A stretch of DNA of 63,498 nucleotides, counting the filler, from Octopus bimaculoides (taxonomy: Eukaryota): NCBI RefSeq assembly GCF_001194135.2. It is 6 parts of 6 records of this genome, joined end to end, with 100 filler letters (N's around TTAATTAATTAA, not from the genome) between each part and the next. Parts side by side here need not be neighbours in the genome. Positions count along the whole stretch, not along the records: positions 1 to 30,290 come from NC_068985.1; 5 more parts are not named here. One strand, written 5' to 3'. Below the pieces are notes generated by a model. That model did not search any database. It had not been told where the DNA came from and saw nothing but the letters and a program-made list of their open reading frames with translations. The position numbers and the translations under genes were made by a program. Each line of letters starts with the position of its first letter. The first letter of the stretch is position 1. This document shows positions 1-13,546 of the stretch, one piece after another.

Positions 1-94
1 CACCACCTCCTCTTCCGGTCTTTTCATCATGTAACCTCGTGGGCATCGGTACCATTTTCCTCTTTCTCCGTTCTTCCATTCTCCGAACTTTCCA

Positions 95-131
95 TCTTTC
101 CGACGAAGGGCTACGCCCGAAGCGTCATACA
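95..131 (+). ncRNA. Degenerate minimal type I hammerhead-like motif in a short Penelope-type terminal repeat
   Basis: CCGACGA-A-GGGC-TAC-GCCC-GAAG-CGTC. Stem II is perfect but the core has two substitutions relative to CUGANGA/GAAA. It is followed by a TTCCTGAGCGTC tail similar to the copy at 54.6 kb. Confidence 0.5.
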
Positions 132-634
132 CTCTCTCTTTCCTTTCCTGAGCGTCCAATAATACTATCCATATCACGTCCTCACTTTGTTGTTTTTTTG
201 TTTTTTTGTTAATGTGTTTTTGAACTACATACGTACATATATACATACATACACACACATACATGAATTCATGCATGTATGTATGTGTGTGTGTGTGTGT
301 GTGCGTGTGTGTGTGTGTGTGCGTGTGTGTGTGTGTCTGCTTTTACATACATTTATGACAAGTTAGTTCCATAACTATAGAATTACAGAAATGAGTCTCA
401 GAAATGCAAACATCTGTTTTGTGTAGAAATAAATATATTCAGTGTTAATTTAATGTAACTGTTAATGAGAAATGAATGAATAATTTCAAAGTATTTCATT
501 GTTTCTCTTTATACTACATAATTATTATATTTAAATCAATTATGACAGTTAAGTTTCTGACATATTTTCATTAAACAACAATTGTAGAAGTTTATTAGAA
601 TTGAATGAAGAGAAGGTTTTCTTTGCATAATTGG

Positions 635-890
635 TACACTAGTTGCAAGGTTATCATCTTATACTCCTGATTATATGCTAGTTGATAGGTTAAAGTCTTG
701 TACTCCTAGTCATACACTGGTTATGAAGTTAACGTCTTGTACTCTGGTGATTGACTGATTGTAAGGCTAAGGCCCTGAACTATTAGATACAATGGTTCTG
801 AGGTTATGGCCCTGTACTATTGCGCACTGTAGTTCTGATCTTAAGGTTTTGTATTGCTGAACACAATAGTTGTGAAGTTAACATCCTGTC
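635..890. repeat. Degenerate ~36-38 bp minisatellite, about 7 units
   Basis: Recurring unit resembling tacactagttgNNaggttaaNgtcttgtactcctg. Confidence 0.7.
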
Positions 891-1261
891 CAATTGGATA
901 AACAACATAAATGTTAACATGACACTTAAGCCATACATACTCCACTCTCATTGCAGGAACCTGTAAGGGACCAACTCATAACATGGAAAACCTCTACTGT
1001 GTCAGAAACAGGCTAACTATTCTTTAATTGTAGTCCTCTGAAGAACACAAAGGAATGTGTAACAAATGTCAACCACACAGATTAAAATGTGTGGAGGGAT
1101 GTTTCTTTAATAAGTGTTGTTATAATTTCAAGAAAGAAGTTTTTACATGGTTGCTCAACATGTTAGAAATAGTAATGTCTGTAATGTTTCTTTCTAAACA
1201 TGTATATAATGATAGTTGCATATACGTGCATCTTTATGCCCATATGTATGTATATATGTGT

Positions 1262-1497
1262 GTATTCTTGAGCAAGACACTTTATTTTATGTTGCTCCAG
1301 TTCACTCAGCTGTAGAAATGAGTTGTGACGTCACTGGTTCCAAGCTGTGTTGGCCTTTGCCTTTCCTTTTGATAACGTCGGTGGTATGGAGAGGGGAGGC
1401 TGGTATGCATGGGTGACTGCTGGTCTTCCATAAACAACCCTACCCGGACTTGTGCCTCAGAGGGTAACCTTCTAAGTGCAATCCCATGGTCATTCAT
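1262..1497 (+). mobile_element. SINE-like interspersed repeat fragment
   Basis: CTTGAGCAAGACACTT...TTGCTCCAGTTCACTCAGCTGT motif typical of SINE central domains; a related motif is at about 53800-54060. Confidence 0.5.
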
Positions 1498-2011
1498 GGT
1501 TTTTACCCTTTTACTTTATATGTGTGTGTATCTATGCACAGAAACATATACATACATGAGTCATCTAAGAATCACGACGAGCCTTTTTCATATTCTATCT
1601 ACCAAATCCACTCATAAGGCTTTAGTAGAAGATGCTTACACAAGGTGCTATGCTGTGGGATTGAACCTGAAACCATGTGTTTGGGCAGCAAACTTCTTAC
1701 CACACATCCTTGCCTGCTCCATGTTTAGGAAATTGAATCAATTTTCAGTGAATAGTTACAAATTAAATAAAGTCATTCTGAAATAATTCTTCAGGTTTTT
1801 TGTATATGTATGACTGAAAACTGCTCTATAAAATATTTCCATCCTTTTTCAAAGCTGTTGTGTATGATTTAAAAGACTTTGACTGATATTTCTGGCAAGT
1901 TGAACTATTAAATTGTGGCTTCTTTGGTTCATAATTTCCTACAAGCAGAACAATGTCACTTCTATAATGCTATCTTAAAGATAACAGGTTTGTAATAGTA
2001 ATTATATGTAA

Positions 2012-2051
<40 letters not shown>

Positions 2052-2093
2052 GTGCATGCATCTATGTGTGTATAAATGTGAACAAACATACAT

Positions 2094-2125
<32 letters not shown>

Positions 2126-2959
2126 ATAAAATAAATCATGCTCACATGGAACAGATAGACAAACTGTCAGAATTAAGTAAGAGAAAAATAATTTGAACTG
2201 AAAACTTACTTTGTGTGTATGTGTGCATTTATGTATGTAATTATGTAAATCTGTGTATTTGTGCACTTGTTTCTTTGAGTGTGTATGTGTATGCTCTCAC
2301 TATGTGTACATATATTTATTTATATGTATGTTGTATGTGTAATTATATAAGTGTGTGTGAGTGTCTGTGTATTCATGCATGATGTCTGTTAATATATTTA
2401 CTTATATAGTTGAATGATTAAATAATTCCCTTCATGATCCTCTGGTCTCAGTTTCAATCCTGTTCAGTTCAGTGGCATCATGGCATGTATCTTTTGCTAT
2501 AGGTTCAGGCTGCCCCAAACTTTGTCAGCAAAATTACATCAACAGAAACTGTGTGAATTGACTGTAATTCAAAACATCCAGTATTGCCATACATACAGTC
2601 ATACTGAGTCTACATGAGGAGGCATTCCGGCTACAGGTGTCTGTGGAATACTTAGCCATATAGATACTAATTCCATGAGTTTAGTTAATTGAACAATTGG
2701 AATATTCTACACAAGCATCAACATAGGTCCCTTGTATTCAGTATACTTTGATACTCCTGTGGGCAATTTTTTCACTGACTCACTGAGAGCAGCAGAAGAC
2801 AGAGAAGTGGCAAAATCTAACTGTAATGTCATCAACGAAAGCCCCAACAACTATATGGTAAAGGGATAGTATAGGGATAGATGTGTACCCTAGTGTAGAT
2901 CAATACCTATCTATAATCATTTGCTCAGATACATTAATACTCATATACTATATACTCTT

Positions 2960-3270
2960 GTATATAGATGCATAGAAACTCATGTGTATTCATGTGTACA
3001 TATTCATGCATACATTACTGTGTAGGTACTCTTGTAAATTCATGTGTACATAGATACATAGATATCGATGTGTACTCATGGGTGCATAGATACATTGATA
3101 CTTATGTGTACATAGACAATAGATACTGTGTGTACTCATTGGTACTTGGATATTTATGTATAAGCCTATGTACATCATTACATTGATACCCACATAGTCA
3201 TATGCACTTACATACACTCAGACACATAGATACTCATGTGTACTTACATGTACATAGATATATAAATAGC
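2960..3270. repeat. Degenerate minisatellite built of CATAGATAC/CTCATGTGTA units
   Basis: Repeated catagatac and tcatgtgta motifs at roughly 20-25 bp spacing. Confidence 0.6.
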
Positions 3271-3518
3271 CATACATATACGGTGCATTCAAAACATATT
3301 CAACTTTATATTTCCTGCCAAAACTAGTGCCACATGGGCAAAATCCTTTGGTTGGGAGGTGATGCAATCCTTCCTGTGCATGCATGGGGTCCTAGCCACA
3401 GGGTTACTGTAGGTGCTGCATATTGGAACTGAACTTGAAATACGTTTGGGAGATTGAACTTTTTAACTATGCAGCCATTCTTGCATATGTATATGTTTGT
3501 ACATGTGTGTGCACACAC

Positions 3519-3577
<59 letters not shown>

Positions 3578-3587
3578 NNNNNNNNNN

Positions 3588-3630
<43 letters not shown>

Positions 3631-4726
3631 CACATACACTCATGCATATCTGTAGAGAAAGGAAGAGAGATGATCAAGGAGAGGAAAATAGGGTGAGAAA
3701 GTGAGAGAGGAAGAGAAAGAGGGAGAGAGAACATGAGAGAGAGACATGAAAATTTACTTGTATTTATTCATGTCTAACAATAAAGAAGATATTTTCTACT
3801 TGATTAATTTTTTTGCTAATAACTGAATTTTAAATAGAATAAAATCAATAATTTCATTACAAAAGAAAATTAACATGTGTTAGTAATTATATTCAGTACC
3901 CTCCTTCACATCTCACCTCCCCCCACCCCATCTCAAAGACTATTTTTACATTTGGTAGCTATTTTGCTCATTGTATGTGGTTGAAAGAGGGTGTGGTTGT
4001 AGGTGTGGTGGTGATTGTTGTAGCTTCAGTAGTTATGATAGTGGTGGTGATTGTAACAATGTTAGTCCTGGGGTGATGATGATGGTGGTGTTGGTGCTAG
4101 TATCAACAATATGTGACCTTTAAATCTGCAACCTACTAATTTCCAGTCCTGCAGGTCAAATAACTGCAACACAGGCAACATAATTAAGGTTAATGATGAC
4201 TGAGTTAATGAGAGACAAATCCGATGAAGATGGAAAAGATTTTATACAAGAAATTAAATATTGCCAATTCCGGTGGCTCAGACTATTTTGGTTTTTGTTT
4301 TAGCTTCTAATTCTCTTACTGAAATATAAGCTTTCTGCAGTATAATCAATCAAAGAGTTATAACTTGATTTCTTGCTATTTGGTCTGGTAGGTGTCGTTT
4401 TGTTGGTGTAAATGAATAAATGTATATATGTAATGCATGTATGTATAAAAGCCCGCTGTTCTACTGAGATGGATATCTTGCACTTTGCTTGTCTCTGGGC
4501 TTCTTGGTATTGCTACTAAGAGTCATTGTGGTGTTGTGCAAGCTGCATGTAACTCAAGACACTTTCACAGGTATTGCTGACAGTTGTCAGTGATGGTCAT
4601 ACTCATCTAACAAGTAGATAACTATCTTCTATATATGTATGTACTAATGTATGAACGAGCAATCAATGCTTACGAGTCCAACAAAATATATTTTGCTTGT
4701 GAGATGTAGGTACATTACTTTTCATA

Positions 4727-5092
4727 GGCACTGGCGTGGCTTTGTGGTAAAAAGCTTATTTCCCAACCACATAGTTCAGTATTCAGTCCCACTGCATGAC
4801 ACTTTGGGCAAGTGTCTTCTACCATAGCCTCGGGCTGGCCAAGGCCTTGTGAGTGGATTTGGTAGATGGAAACAGAAAGAAGCCTGTCGTATGTGTATCT
4901 TTGTGCCTGTGTTTGTCCCCCTACCACTACTTGACAACCAATGTTGGTGTGTTTACATCCCTGTAACTTAGCAGTTCAGCAAAAGAGACCAACAGAGTAA
5001 GTACCAAGCTTTTATTTCACTATATATTCTTTAAGGTGGTGCCCCAGTATGGCTGTGGTCTAATGATTGAAACAAGTAAAAGATAAAAGATA
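4727..5092 (+). mobile_element. tRNA-derived SINE, family A (octopus-type, central TA/TG microsatellite), near full length
   Basis: Head GGC..GTGGC..TGTGGTAAAAAGCTT..TTCAGTCCCACTG, body GTGAGTGGATTTGGTAGATGGAAAC, tail GAAACAAGTAAAAGA. More than 12 whole or partial copies occur in the window. Confidence 0.85.
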
Positions 5093-5532
5093 ATTGATTA
5101 AAAACCTTGATTCTTACTCTTCTTTTGAGTTCTTCATTCTAAGTGGCCTGACAACATTCCTCTGAACCTGTCACCTCTATCTGTAACTAACACACATACT
5201 CTTTCTGTTAAATCTTTGATGGTGAATAGTGTGGCAGTGTGGTTAAAAATTTTACTACATAACAATAGGCTCCCTTGTTGATTCCTTGAGATTTGAACTC
5301 AGAATGTATAGAACTGTAACTCAATACTGGAACTCATTTTGTTCAATGTCCTAATGATTCTGACAACTAATCTACTACCACCACAACATGGTCATTACAT
5401 GTAATAATTACATTCATTTATAAACTTTATAAGCATGAATTAACTGCACAAAACAATGTTATTGTTTACAAGTGTATGTATGTGTGTGTGTATGTATAGA
5501 TATTTGCATGTACGTGTGTATATATATATATA

Positions 5533-6908
5533 TACTGTGAAAACCCATGTAATTTACACACTTTTTTTTTTGCAAAAATAAAAATAAGCTTTAGGGGGTG
5601 CATAAATTGCAGGAGTAGATTGTTTCCAGAATTTGTTTGGAAATTTTTTTTATTGAAAAACACATACAAAACATAAACATTCATTCCAAAAGTTGACTCA
5701 TTTAATGTCAGAATGGGTTTTTACAGAAAAGAATAATGGCTTAAATATAATGAAGTTGACTTTTATCTATGCTGGACAGTATAATGCTTACTTTTTCTGT
5801 ATAAATTGGTGCAGGTAAAGATTACGCACACCCAGTGTTTAGGGTTTAGGGTTTAGGTTTAGCGTTAGGGTTACGCCAAAAATGGGTGGTGTGCGTATTC
5901 TTTATCTCCACTGTATAAATTTACTAAAACCATTAAATGGTTTACTACTCTTTGAAGTCTGATGTTCATGCTGGTAAACATGGTTCGGGTCATGTTTTAC
6001 ATTGCTTGGTGTTTCTACCCATTGCAATGGAGCACCATTGACATACATAGTAATATGGATATTCCTGACTGAAAAAAATGTAATGATATGGATAATCTTG
6101 ATTGTATGTTTTTATCTTTGTCTATTATTAGTCACAGTTTTAAGTTTGTCATACTCTTTACACCAATTTCGAACATTGGCTTCATTAACATTAAAATGCC
6201 TTCTGGTTGCTCTATTGCCATGTTCAAATGCATATTCAGCATATTTGATTTCTCCTTCACAGTAAACGATTCATAAGTTCTGCCCATACTAGCAATAACG
6301 GTAATGACAAATTTTTAAGTTTGCTTGACATTTTATAAGTGTGAAAGAGATTAAAATTTTGATACTCCTTATCAAAGGATAAGCAGAATAAGCAGAAAAG
6401 AATTTTGTTAACATAATTTGTTTGATTGGTTACCTTCCTCTGTCAGTTGGGTAAAGTGTCATCCAAGCTGATGTTTATTGGTAATTAAACTTCATTTGCA
6501 ATACTTGTACATATTTATCAGCTTTGTTTTTGTTGGTAATTCTTATCAACAACTTTTTCTGTGATCGTGATTTGAGAAAACACAGCAGTACGCTAAAGAT
6601 CGGACATAATTTCTTGTGGGCAAGAAATATAAAATAAAGTTCATTATAAACAGCACAAACACTTTGTAATTTAATAGCTTTCAATGTGATACCTGTTAAA
6701 CAGAAATTATTTTTATTTAATGAAAATTTTATAAAATCTAATAAGTAAATGAAATCATGCTAAATGCAATTAAATTGAAAACCTTTTTCCCCTGGCTATA
6801 TCAGCAATTCTGAAAACTTTTGGGTGCAAATTTTACATGAGTAGAAGCTTTTTTGAACAAATTTTATCCTGAAAATCACCTGTGTAGATTACACAGGTGA
6901 GCAAAGTA
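5533..6908 (-). mobile_element. Decayed pogo/Tigger-like DNA transposon with Brinker-type HTH DNA-binding domain
   Basis: Minus strand from ATG 6287 reads MGRTYESFTVKEK/KYAEYAFEHGNRATRRHFNVNEANVRNWCKEYDKL with one frameshift. Ends are imperfect inverted repeats (TACTGTGAAAACCCATGTAATTTACACAC vs reverse complement TACTTTGCTCACCTGTGTAATCTACACAG). Confidence 0.7.
5808..5911. mobile_element. 104-bp MITE with telomere-like TTTAGGG/TTAGGG core, nested in the pogo element
   Basis: 24-bp TIRs GTGCAGGTAAAGATTACGCACACC / rc GTGGAGATAAAGAATACGCACACC; 10-bp direct flank TGTATAAATT at 5798-5807 and 5912-5921. Confidence 0.75.
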
Positions 6909-8069
6909 TATGGGCTTTTATGGTGTGTATATATANNNNNNNNNNNNNNNNNNNNNNNNNNNNNNNNNNNNNNNNNNNNNNNATATATATATATATATAT
7001 ATATATAAATTTGTTTAGGGCAAATGCCTCTGAATATGCTTGTAAAAGCTCCTATGCTTCTTTTTGTTGCGTACCACCTGTTATTCCCATAGGATGGTAA
7101 TAATGAAAATGACTTCTGGTTGAAAATTTCTATGCTTTATTAATGTATTGCGACATATATTTCTGCATACCGTATTCATTTGTGAAGATATTCTCACTTC
7201 CATAGGATATTATTAAATATTATTCATAATGTCTATGGATCTTAAGCATGTCTCTGTTCCATGCATATGCTTCATCAGACATTTGACATTCATGGATTTT
7301 TGCTGGACATTCATTTAAAGAAATTTACATTTAAAGAAATTTACCATTACACCCCAATCAGGAAGCTCTGTTAGATGTTTGGGCAGTGCTTGTGAATTGT
7401 CACAACTTATCAAAGAGTTAGATATAGAAACAAAGGAGAAAAAAGAAAGAGAGCAACATTAGGCGTTTGTAGTTCATCACAGCAAGCCGGCAGGAAGAAA
7501 GAAAGAAAATAACATGAAGAAACACATAAGAATTGACTAAGGGATTCTGAACCCCTCCCCATCCTGTGTGTTTTGCTAATGATAAGACAGATATGTAAAT
7601 AATAAAAAACGTTTATTGCCGTGTATGGCAGTTACCATGCCCTGATTCCTTGGTTTGAACTGATCTGCTAAACTACATGAGTGAATTGAAGGACTATACT
7701 TAAGGGCTGTAATGTCTATTCCTAAATACACAAAACATGGAATGGTGGAGGGTATGGAAGAACCAAACAGATCAATGGAGTTGAAGGCATGGCAGTGGTG
7801 TGTGACGTGCCAGAAGACAGGGTGAATTAACACCATGACAATGTCTGTTTATCTGGCAACTACGCTTCACCAATGGTAGTCATCTCAGTTGAGATCAGCA
7901 CACACTGTGTAACAACAGTTCAGTGTATATTTATGTCAACTGCTTTAAAGCAAGGACTGTTTATTTATGTAAACTATTATCACTGGGCAGAACGGTCCTG
8001 CAGTATTACTGCAGGAATAATATCACTAGCATAAGTCAAACAAACAGCATACATTGACTTAGCAAAACA

Positions 8070-9290
8070 TCAAAAACTAACTTTGGTATGGTAAATCTGA
8101 AAACAGGGTGTAATTCATAATGGGACATGACAATCTGTACATATATACCTTGTTTCCTTGCGGCAACTGTGCATTGCACACACAGCACATCATTTTGATG
8201 CATTCTTCTTTTTTTCAGTTGGTGGGATTGAAGTGAGGAAACGTCTTCATCCTTTATGATTTGGTGTGGGAAAAATGATTGATGTAGTGAAAAATCCAAA
8301 CTTTTATTATTTCTTTCACAAGCTACTCATGGAGTGTTAGTCCATCTCCCACACCGCCAAACATTTGCCATATCAAAAACAAATGTACTAGTGTCGTGTC
8401 CACCACATATAAGAAAAGTTTTTTATACCATTTCACAAATTTGCATGATGGTTTTGTGTGTTGATGCCAGCTGATCAAAATGATCAACACTGCCTGCCAC
8501 ATGATTGTATGCCAACACCCCAGTTGGTTTTATTACTGGATTTCCAGCCCCATGTCATTTGCCAGTATTGGACATGCCAGCAGAATGAATGGTGAATAGC
8601 AAACAAACATTTTTGTTGTCTCTCTACATCAGTGTCATAATGCCACTATCAGTGGAGTGGCACAGAGTTTCACCTTTGCTAAGTTTTGTATTGTGGAGTT
8701 TGAGAAGCATGTTTTTTCTGAAGGTGTGCACAGTCCCACAGACATTTGTTTTCCTTGCCTGTAGCTAAAGAAAGAGATTGGGACTGAAAAACCTGTTGTC
8801 CATATAAATTTTGTATCCTATGTCTAACAACTCATCATGAAGTGACAAGACAACATATGTAGATGCTAGAATGTCTGCCTTATCTTCTCCAGTGTATATT
8901 TTATAGTTCCAAGTATAGCTGCAGGCTGCACCAGATGACTGACAAACCTTATAAACTCTTATCATGAAGTGGGCAAGCTTGCTAGGATTGTACTGTTTGA
9001 ATTTCAGCCACCCCTTGAATTTCCACAGACTTTGTCAGTGAAAAAAAAATATCCTGTGTGGGTATATAAGCTATTCTGAAATTCTTTGTTATTTCTTCAA
9101 GGATAGGATGAATTTTGTGAAGCTTGTCCTCATTGTTGTTGCTAGATTTGAAATGAAGTTTTTTTCTGCTGTGCTAAACACCAGTCACAGGGCATCATCT
9201 CTACAAAGGAAGGCGTTGCATTTATGGGACCCCTGCTCCAACATGAAATGAGTGTCATTTTCTACACAATACTCATGAGGATGAATGGAA
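8070..9290 (-). mobile_element. piggyBac (PGBD4-like) transposase pseudogene
   Basis: Minus-strand frames give KFKGWLKFKQYNPSK, RVYKVCQSSG..YTWNYKIYTG, GYKIYMDNRFFSPNLF and a C-terminal Cys-rich domain CAVC..[25 protein letters not shown], with many stops and frameshifts. Confidence 0.9.
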
Positions 9291-10367
9291 ACTATTCAGT
9301 GTCATGTCACTCTACAGCAGGATATTTTCCAAGGTTAGATAAACATGTGGAACTCTGTTATTGTATAAGATTAATATAAGAATAATATAACATGAGGATG
9401 GAAAATACAAAGCACTATTATTTGCAAAGTGCAATTTGGACTTACCTAGATGTGAAATTGACATTATATTAGCCTCACATAGCACAATAAATGATTATAA
9501 TGCAAAACTATGGATACAATTGGATAGCAATGATTATTTCAATATAACAATGGGATTGAGCAACTTGTTGCAAGTCACCAATCTTGTTGGTATCTATGTA
9601 CTTCTTCTGATAGAATCTTGGATTCCTAGCCTAGTGGGAGGGAGGGCTATACAAGGATAATAGAAAATTGTAGCAAAGTGGAATTGGAAAGATGTAAGAA
9701 GGAACTGTTCAAATTATTCAAAAACTTAGGGCTATCTATAACTATTGCAAATGACCATAGAGTAATGAATTTCTTAGATGTAGTGATTAACCTAAACACA
9801 GAAATGTTTGAATCTTTTCACAAACCAAACGAAATTTAAAATATGTTAGTAAAAACTCAAATCATCCACATTCAGTACTAAAATGTATAGCAAAAAGTAT
9901 ATCAGATAGAATTTTAGGACTATCTGCAAATGAAACAATATTTAATGCACATGCTGAGTACCACATCATAATATTAATTAAAGCTGGGTATATAAAGACA
10001 AAATTAAATAGTCACCTAATAATAGACTAATGAATAAATATAAAAATGGATATAGAGTTAAAAGAAAAAATTATGTGGATAAGCATGCAAGAAGTAGGGT
10101 AAAAAGTACAGAAGTAAAAAAAAAAATAGTGGCAATCAGTATGAAGATAAATGTCATAAAAGAATAGATGAAAATACTCATAAGGACAGAGAGAAGAAAA
10201 TAACAGTTGAGAATAAAATCACCAAATTTAATCCAAATAGAAAAGGCTATAGCTGAAACTTGAATGGTTACCCTAAATCCAGTAATACATAAGTTAAGGA
10301 TGGCATATTATGGTTTAATCTAATACTTGGATTACAAATCAAATCTAAAATTGCTCATGAATTTTTA

Positions 10368-10798
10368 GGTGCATGCATTGCTGTGTGGTAAAAAATTTGC
10401 TTCCTGACCACATGGCTTGAGGTTCAGTCCCACTGTGTGGCACCTTAGGTAAGTGTCTTCTACTACATCAGCCTCAGGCTGACCAAAGCCTTGTGAGTGG
10501 ATTTGGAGATGGAAACTGAAAGAAGCTTATAAAATATATATGTTTGTGTGTGTGTGTGTGTGTGTGTGTCTTTGTGTCTGCATTTGTTCCCCACTGCCAC
10601 TTGACAAATGGTATTGGTGTGTTTACGTCCCCATAACTTAATGGTTTTAGCAAAGAGATTGATAGAATAAGTACCAGGCTTTAAAGGAAATAAATAATGA
10701 AGGTCATTTCATTCAACCAAAGGAAAAAAAAATTCAAGGTGGTGCCCCAGTCTGGCCACAGTTTAATGATTGAAATGATTAAAAGAGATGAAAGAGAT
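10368..10798 (+). mobile_element. SINE family A inserted into the Penelope coding region
   Basis: Full SINE splitting the Penelope peptide between ...HEFL and DRHF.... Confidence 0.85.
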
Positions 10799-12454
10799 TA
10801 GATAGGCATTTTCTTAGGTCTAGTGGATATTATAAGATCTTTAACTGGCATAGGGTGAAATCGTCATATGTGACATCCCATAACCTTGACTACTATATGC
10901 ACAGACGAAATAATAAAAAGCTAAATAAGTTAAAATCTGAAAGCAGAACTCAAAATAGTTCAGATCCAGTGGATAGGGTAGAAGATCCTTGTGATGGCCA
11001 AGCTAATAACTGTTCTGAAAATCCTAATATAAATGGCAACATTGGAACAAATGGGAGAAAGGACTAAGGAAATTGAACAGAAACAAATGGCGATGGAGTT
11101 ACAGATAAATACTTAGGAACAATCGAGACAGAAAAGACAATAGCAACTACACCAATATGCACAATGTAAAATGAAATAGGAATATGAATTAAGTCAGAGA
11201 AAGACAGATTACAAAAAATGAAATGAAAAAGTGCAACTTCAGAAACAAAAATGCATGTCCCCTGGAAAATTGCTGTTTGAGAAAGAACATTATATATAAA
11301 TGTAAAGTGGAAACAAAGACACATACATATATATAGGTGCAACAAATACTACCTTCAAAATCTGCTTTAGAAATTGTTACATCATTTTCTAATGGGTGCA
11401 AAAGTTAATGCACCTCACTCATAGACATTGTGTGGAAACTGGAAAGGAAATAGATATGTTATGTAGCTATATGGTTGGTATTGCAGAATGCTAAACCATA
11501 TGATGCACAGTCTACAATATGCAACTTACACCTGAAGGAAACTCAAGAAATAATTTTATGTAATGAAAAATTAATTTATAAGTATTCTGAGGTTATACTT
11601 ATGTGTAACCATAAACTAAAAAGTTTTTTTATAGGGTTTGAAAAAATAATGTAAGAAATTTTTTAAAATTCCAAATTAAATTATTTACATCAAAATTTTC
11701 ATTAAAATAAATGGGTTACGGGGGATGACAGGTTAGAATTGTTGTTTGCATGCCTGTTAAAAGAATTGTTATAAATTGTATGTCATTTGTTGTCCTGTAA
11801 ATGGATGACTCGTAATAATGAGTTGACATTGTTTTTTGCAAAGTCATTGTAAAATTTATATAAATTGTATATGGAAAAGAATTGTAATAATTACTATATG
11901 TCAATTATAATCATCTAAGTGGATGACCCAAAACAATGCAAGTGTATCAAAACGATTATGTAAATTACCATATGTAGTAGATGTTAAAGAATGAGAATAA
12001 TTTGTGTCAGTCAATTATAATCAAATAAGCAAATTGCTAGTAATAATGAGCTAACAAGTGATTATAAAAATTTGTATATGTCGATTATAATCCTCTGTTA
12101 ATTGCAATAATATAAAAGACCCAATGTTAATCAAATAATGGTAATATGATGTTTCATGGAAAGTTAAAATCCTGGAAATTGATTTAGTATTCTCAAAAAG
12201 AGGGTTAAATGTATTCTTTCAAAATGAAATTTGTAATATGTGTAGCAGTGATTGTTACAAGTTAGTATACTCAGCGAATTATTTAGAGAATTAATTGTAA
12301 TAATTTTGGGGAAGATTAAAGTAATATAATAGTGATAATAGCTACACAGTGGCATATAAATCAGAGATGGTCATAGAGTATCAAATATAAAGTTTAATTA
12401 TAGAAAATATATATGTAGAATGTGGGAAAATATATAGTGTTTGTAAGGACATAG

Positions 12455-12600
12455 ATAATTCAATTTCGCTAAGGTCGACTTGGCCTTTCATCCTTTTGGG
12501 CTCAATAAATTAAGTACCAGTTGCATACTGGGGTTGATCTAATCGACTGGCCCCCTCCTCCAAAATTTCGGGCCTTGTGCCTAGAGTAGAAAAGAATATT
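12455..12600 (+). mobile_element. SINE family B fragment
   Basis: GGTCGACTT..CCTTTCATCCTTT..GATAAATTAAGTACCAGTTG..ACTGGGGT motif shared with copies at 30390, 32870, 34905, 48750 and 51040. Confidence 0.75.
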
Positions 12601-13512
12601 TTATTATATCATAAATGTAATGTAAGATGAGCTGATGCATTTAGATCATCAAATCAAAATTGTCATTTGAATGTGTATTGAAATTGTCACAAAAAATATG
12701 AAAACACTGATAAAATTATGTGACAACAATAATCTAGAGAAGAATTTAGGTTTTTGCCAGAAAATGCAGCTAAAATAAGCTAGTATATTTTTTAGTTGTG
12801 GTTTTGTTTTAGTAGTAGATTTACATTGGCAGTAACGAATCTAACATTTAGAGAATGGAAGACTGGACATTGATTAGTGGTGGGAAAATAGGAGTATGTA
12901 CAAAGTATTAGTGTATATGTAGATCTGTAAATTTCTAAGTGTGAGATAAAGGTGTAAAACTGTGTAGAAAACAAAAGGTAGTAAATGAGAAAATACATAT
13001 AAAATATGGGAAAAAAAGTAAGTTTGTAATCTAGTAATGGATGACAACTGGGATTCATAATAGTCACTTTAAGCCAAAGGGCCTGAAAATATAAAAATAA
13101 TTTATAGTTCAAAAGAGATGTCTACGGTGGTAAAAAGATAGCATAGAAATCAAAACCATCCCTTGTAAATTTATTTATTTTATTTTAACCCATTGACACA
13201 GTTTCTCTTCTATTTGGTAAAAGCCAGCTTCAATTTTATTTTATTTTTATCTTATTGCAATGTTATTACCAACCCGTAATTTTATTTTATTATCACTATC
13301 ATTTAAATAGATTTAGTTCTATTATTTTTATTACTGTCAGTATCATTAAGGTTGCCGTTTTTTTGTTATTGTGATATTACTTTCATATTTGTTTTTATGT
13401 TATTACAACAATATATGTCACTTTGAATCTAATGAACTGTTTGGTGGAGAATTATAGACAGGGTAATCTGAGGAAATTCAAAAAAATCCAATAGTACTTG
13501 ATTGCATTCCAC

Positions 13513-13546
13513 CTGAGGAAGCATCTACTCACAACTGATGTTGAAA
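13513..13546 (+). ncRNA. Hammerhead-like core at the 3' end of the plus-strand Penelope
   Basis: CTGAGGA-AGCATC-(11 nt)-GATGTT-GAAA; stems I and III are degenerate. Confidence 0.5.

Noticed and set aside
2742-2857. Possible Ig N-terminal exon YFDTPVGNFF..NCNVINESPNNYM with AG/GT sites
   Set aside because: The acceptor is weak, it adjoins decayed SINE-like sequence, and the Ig resemblance is not compelling.
4727-4800. tRNA-like A/B boxes in SINE heads as tRNA genes
   Set aside because: No complete cloverleaf, and they continue into SINE bodies.
5725-5814. Peptide LNIMKLTFIYAGQYNA resembling an Ig E-F strand motif, ending at gtaaag
   Set aside because: It lies inside the pogo remnant, the apparent donor is part of the MITE TIR, and the F-strand Cys is missing.
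5836-5875. Telomeric repeats as a chromosome end or fusion scar
   Set aside because: Only about 6 imperfect units, enclosed by TIRs and a TSD, so they are part of a MITE.
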